Shown in pieces: positions 61,431 through 64,000 of a stretch of 64,000 nt of DNA; the first letter of the stretch is position 1; every line of letters begins with the position of its first letter. Origin of the DNA: Balanoglossus misakiensis (taxonomy: Eukaryota > Animalia > Hemichordata); the NCBI GenBank assembly GCA_040954595.2, contig CM082586.2:10137337-10201336 (forward strand), read 5' to 3'. The translations under genes were made by a program, and so were the position numbers. The notes under the pieces were generated by a model. That model searched no databases. It was not told where the DNA came from and saw only the letters and a list, made by a program, of their open reading frames with translations.

Positions 61431-64000
61431 ACGGTAACAGTCCCTCTAATGTTATTGATTCTTTAATAGGCCACGCCAATGAAACTGAGATTGTGCTGGA
61501 AGGATCCTCGTGTATTGCGCTGATAGACACCGGGTCCATGGTATCTACTGTTGCTGACACTTTTAACAGAGAGAAGCTACAGAAACCAATTCATGACCTG
61601 AACAACTTGGTGAAGGTAGAAGGGGCTAGTGGTACAGAAGTTCCTTACCTTGGTTATATTGAAGTTGAAGTGAAATTCCCAGATAGCCATGGACAAGAGA
61701 TGTCTAAAGATGTATTATTGCTTGTTGTTGAAGACACGGAATATAATCAGATGGTTCCAGTTGTGATAGGCACAAATGTTCTCCAACATTTTGTGGATGA
61801 AGATACACAGTACAGTACAGATCTATCCTCAGTATGGAGACTAGCATACCAAGCGACTATCCACCGGCAGAGGGCCGAAGGTAGGACATTTACAGTTACC
61901 ACTACTAAACCCATAACCATTGGACCATACGAACGCACAGTCATCCATGGATTTTGCAGAGTGGACCTAAGAAATTGTCAATCAGTAGTTGTGGTGGAAC
62001 CAGAAAATGACAGACTTTTACCTGGTGGTTTACTTGTTACTCCAGCCGTGTTGAAGTTAGAGCCTCGTGGTAATTCATGTCGAATCCCAGTAATGGTGAC
62101 CAACTATGGAGCACGTGCTGTCACAGTTCCCCCTAAAAGCACCCTATGTAACATGAACTTAGCATCTAATGTCTCACAGCCTTTAGATCCATATGGAGAT
62201 GATATTGATACAAACTCAGATGGGACCACCTCACCAAAAGTACCCGATTGGCTGATAAAAGACCTGGGATTACAAGAGGCAGATACAGAATTAACAGAAA
62301 TCCAGAAAGACCAAGCCTTGGCTACCATTGGTAAATGGCAAACCGTGTTCTCTACAGGTGAGAGAGATTTGGGACACACAACATTGGTAACACATTCGAT
62401 AAAGTTAACGGATGAAACCCCCTTTAAAGATAAATACCGTCGAATCCCTATGGGTATGTACGAAGAATTGCAACAGTACCTGCAAGATATGCTACAGAGT
62501 GGTGTGATTAGAGAATCAAACAGCCCGTGGTCCTCAAATGTTGTATGTGTCAGAAAACCTGATGGGAAGCTGAGGGTGTGTATTGATTATAGACGTCTCA
62601 ACGCCAAAACCATTAAAGACGCTTACGCATTACCCCGGGTATTGGATACGCTTGATAACCTTAGTAACGCCGAGTGGTTTTCATCGCTTGATCTACGGTC
62701 TGGATATTACCAAGTAGAGATGGCGGAAGACGACAAAGCGAAGACAGCTTTCACGGTGGGAAACTTCGGCTTATTTGAATTCAACCGTATGTCTATGGGT
62801 CTGACCAACGCACCTGCAACTTTCCAGCGTCTCATGGAGAAGTGTTTTGGAGAATTGGCGTTCAGAGAATGTTGTGTGTATTTAGATGACATCATAGTAT
62901 TTTCGAAGACTTTTGAAGACCACCTCAATAGATTGGAGCGGGTATTCCAGCGGCTGGCATCACATGGATTAAAGTTGAAGGCAACGAAATGTGTTTTATT
63001 CCAGAAGAAGGTGAAATATCTTGGACACGTGGTATCAGCCGACGGAATTACAACGGACCCAGACAAGGTAGCAGCTCTGAAGGAATGGCCAATACCCACT
63101 ACTGTAACAGAACTGAGAAGATTTCTTGGATTTGCAGGGTATTACAGGAGATTTATCCAAAGCTACAGTAATATTGCCAAGCCACTTAACGACTTGCTGT
63201 GTGGACGTCAGTCAAGGAATAAGGCGGGAAAATTTGAAAAACTCCAGTGGGGACAACAGGAACAACAAGCTTTCGACACTCTGAGGAAGAGCCTAATGTC
63301 GTCACCAATACTAGCCTTTGCTGACTACTCACTTCCATTTGAAATACATACTGATGCAAGTTCCACAGGTCTGGGAGCAGTGCTGTATCAACGCCAGAAA
63401 GGTATTCTCAGAGTAATTGCCTATGCAAGTAGAGGACTCACCAAGTCTGAAAGTAATTATCCAGCTCATAAATTAGAATTTTTGGCACTGAAATGGGCCG
63501 TCACCAAGAAGTTCAACGACTACCTGTATGGAAGCAAATTCACGGTGCATACAGACAACAACCCTTTGACGTATGTGTTAACTTCTGCGAAACTGGATGC
63601 GGTGGGACACAGATGGTTGTCAGACTTGTCATTGTACGACTTCTCTATTGTTTACCGGAGTGGTAAGAAGAATATAGAGGCTGACGCTTTGTCTAGGATT
63701 CCATGGAATAGAGAGAATCCAGAGACGGAAACCAATCTGGGAGCCGATGTAGTCCAGGCGCTTTGTCGAGCAACAGAAGGTCCATACGTAACTTCATTCG
63801 GAATGGTAGCAGATGAGGACAGACCTGCAGTAGTTCAAGGTGGGGATGATGTGTTCTGGAAGACGGAGCAGTCCAAAGATTCAACAATACGGTATGTGAC
63901 TGATCAGCTTGAAAAGGACCACAAACCATTTATGAGAGATCATACAGGAGATATCAGACTACTTATACGAGATTGGAAACGCCTTGTTCTGAAGAATGGA
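61382..64000 (+). CDS. pol: Pol polyprotein (aspartic protease, RT, RNase H; integrase beyond the window), partial
   Basis: ALIDTGSMVS (Asp codon at 61526), LRVCIDYRRLN, LDLRSGYYQV, VYLDDIIVFS (62879), HTDASSTGLGAVL, LEFLALKWAV, TDNNPL and ADALSR, all in the same frame to the window end. Confidence 0.96.

Larger units (their letters stand above)
58285..64000 (+). mobile_element. Ty3/Gypsy LTR retrotransposon, apparently intact, continuing past the right edge
   Basis: LTR, PBS, gag and pol (PR-RT-RH) in canonical order; begins abruptly inside a satellite monomer. Confidence 0.96.

Noticed and set aside
60157-63929. Antisense and off-frame ORFs over gag/pol
   Set aside because: Shadows of the retrotransposon frames with no recognisable motifs.

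Overview
Eukaryotic, AT-rich, repeat-dominated window (probably a marine invertebrate; inferred from the TE families only) with no recognisable host gene. From left to right: (1) a minus-strand Helentron/Helitron2-type rolling-circle transposon whose ORF (>1,700 codons) runs off the left edge and is therefore absent from the ORF track. It encodes a herpes-tegument-like (C76/VTD) deubiquitinase, about 14 in-frame 21-aa repeats, a Cys-rich domain and the HUH Rep; its non-coding arm holds a 239-bp tandem repeat and ends in a hairpin at ~9.41 kb. (2) A 7.4-kb array of a 78-bp satellite, a 355-bp tandem repeat, foldback elements and a second Helentron-type end. (3) Three decayed same-strand retroelements: a Gypsy integrase, a Ngaro/DIRS-type element and a Tx1/L1 element with poly-A tail. 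(4) A 29-kb array of a ~132-bp satellite with higher-order structure. (5) An apparently intact Ty3/Gypsy element inserted in that satellite, with LTR, tRNA-Ser PBS, RRM-bearing PNMA-like Gag and -1 frameshifted Pol running off the right edge. The main theme is Helentron-associated tandem-repeat generation next to (peri)centromere-like satellite. Coordinates were read by eye and motif calls were not confirmed by database search.
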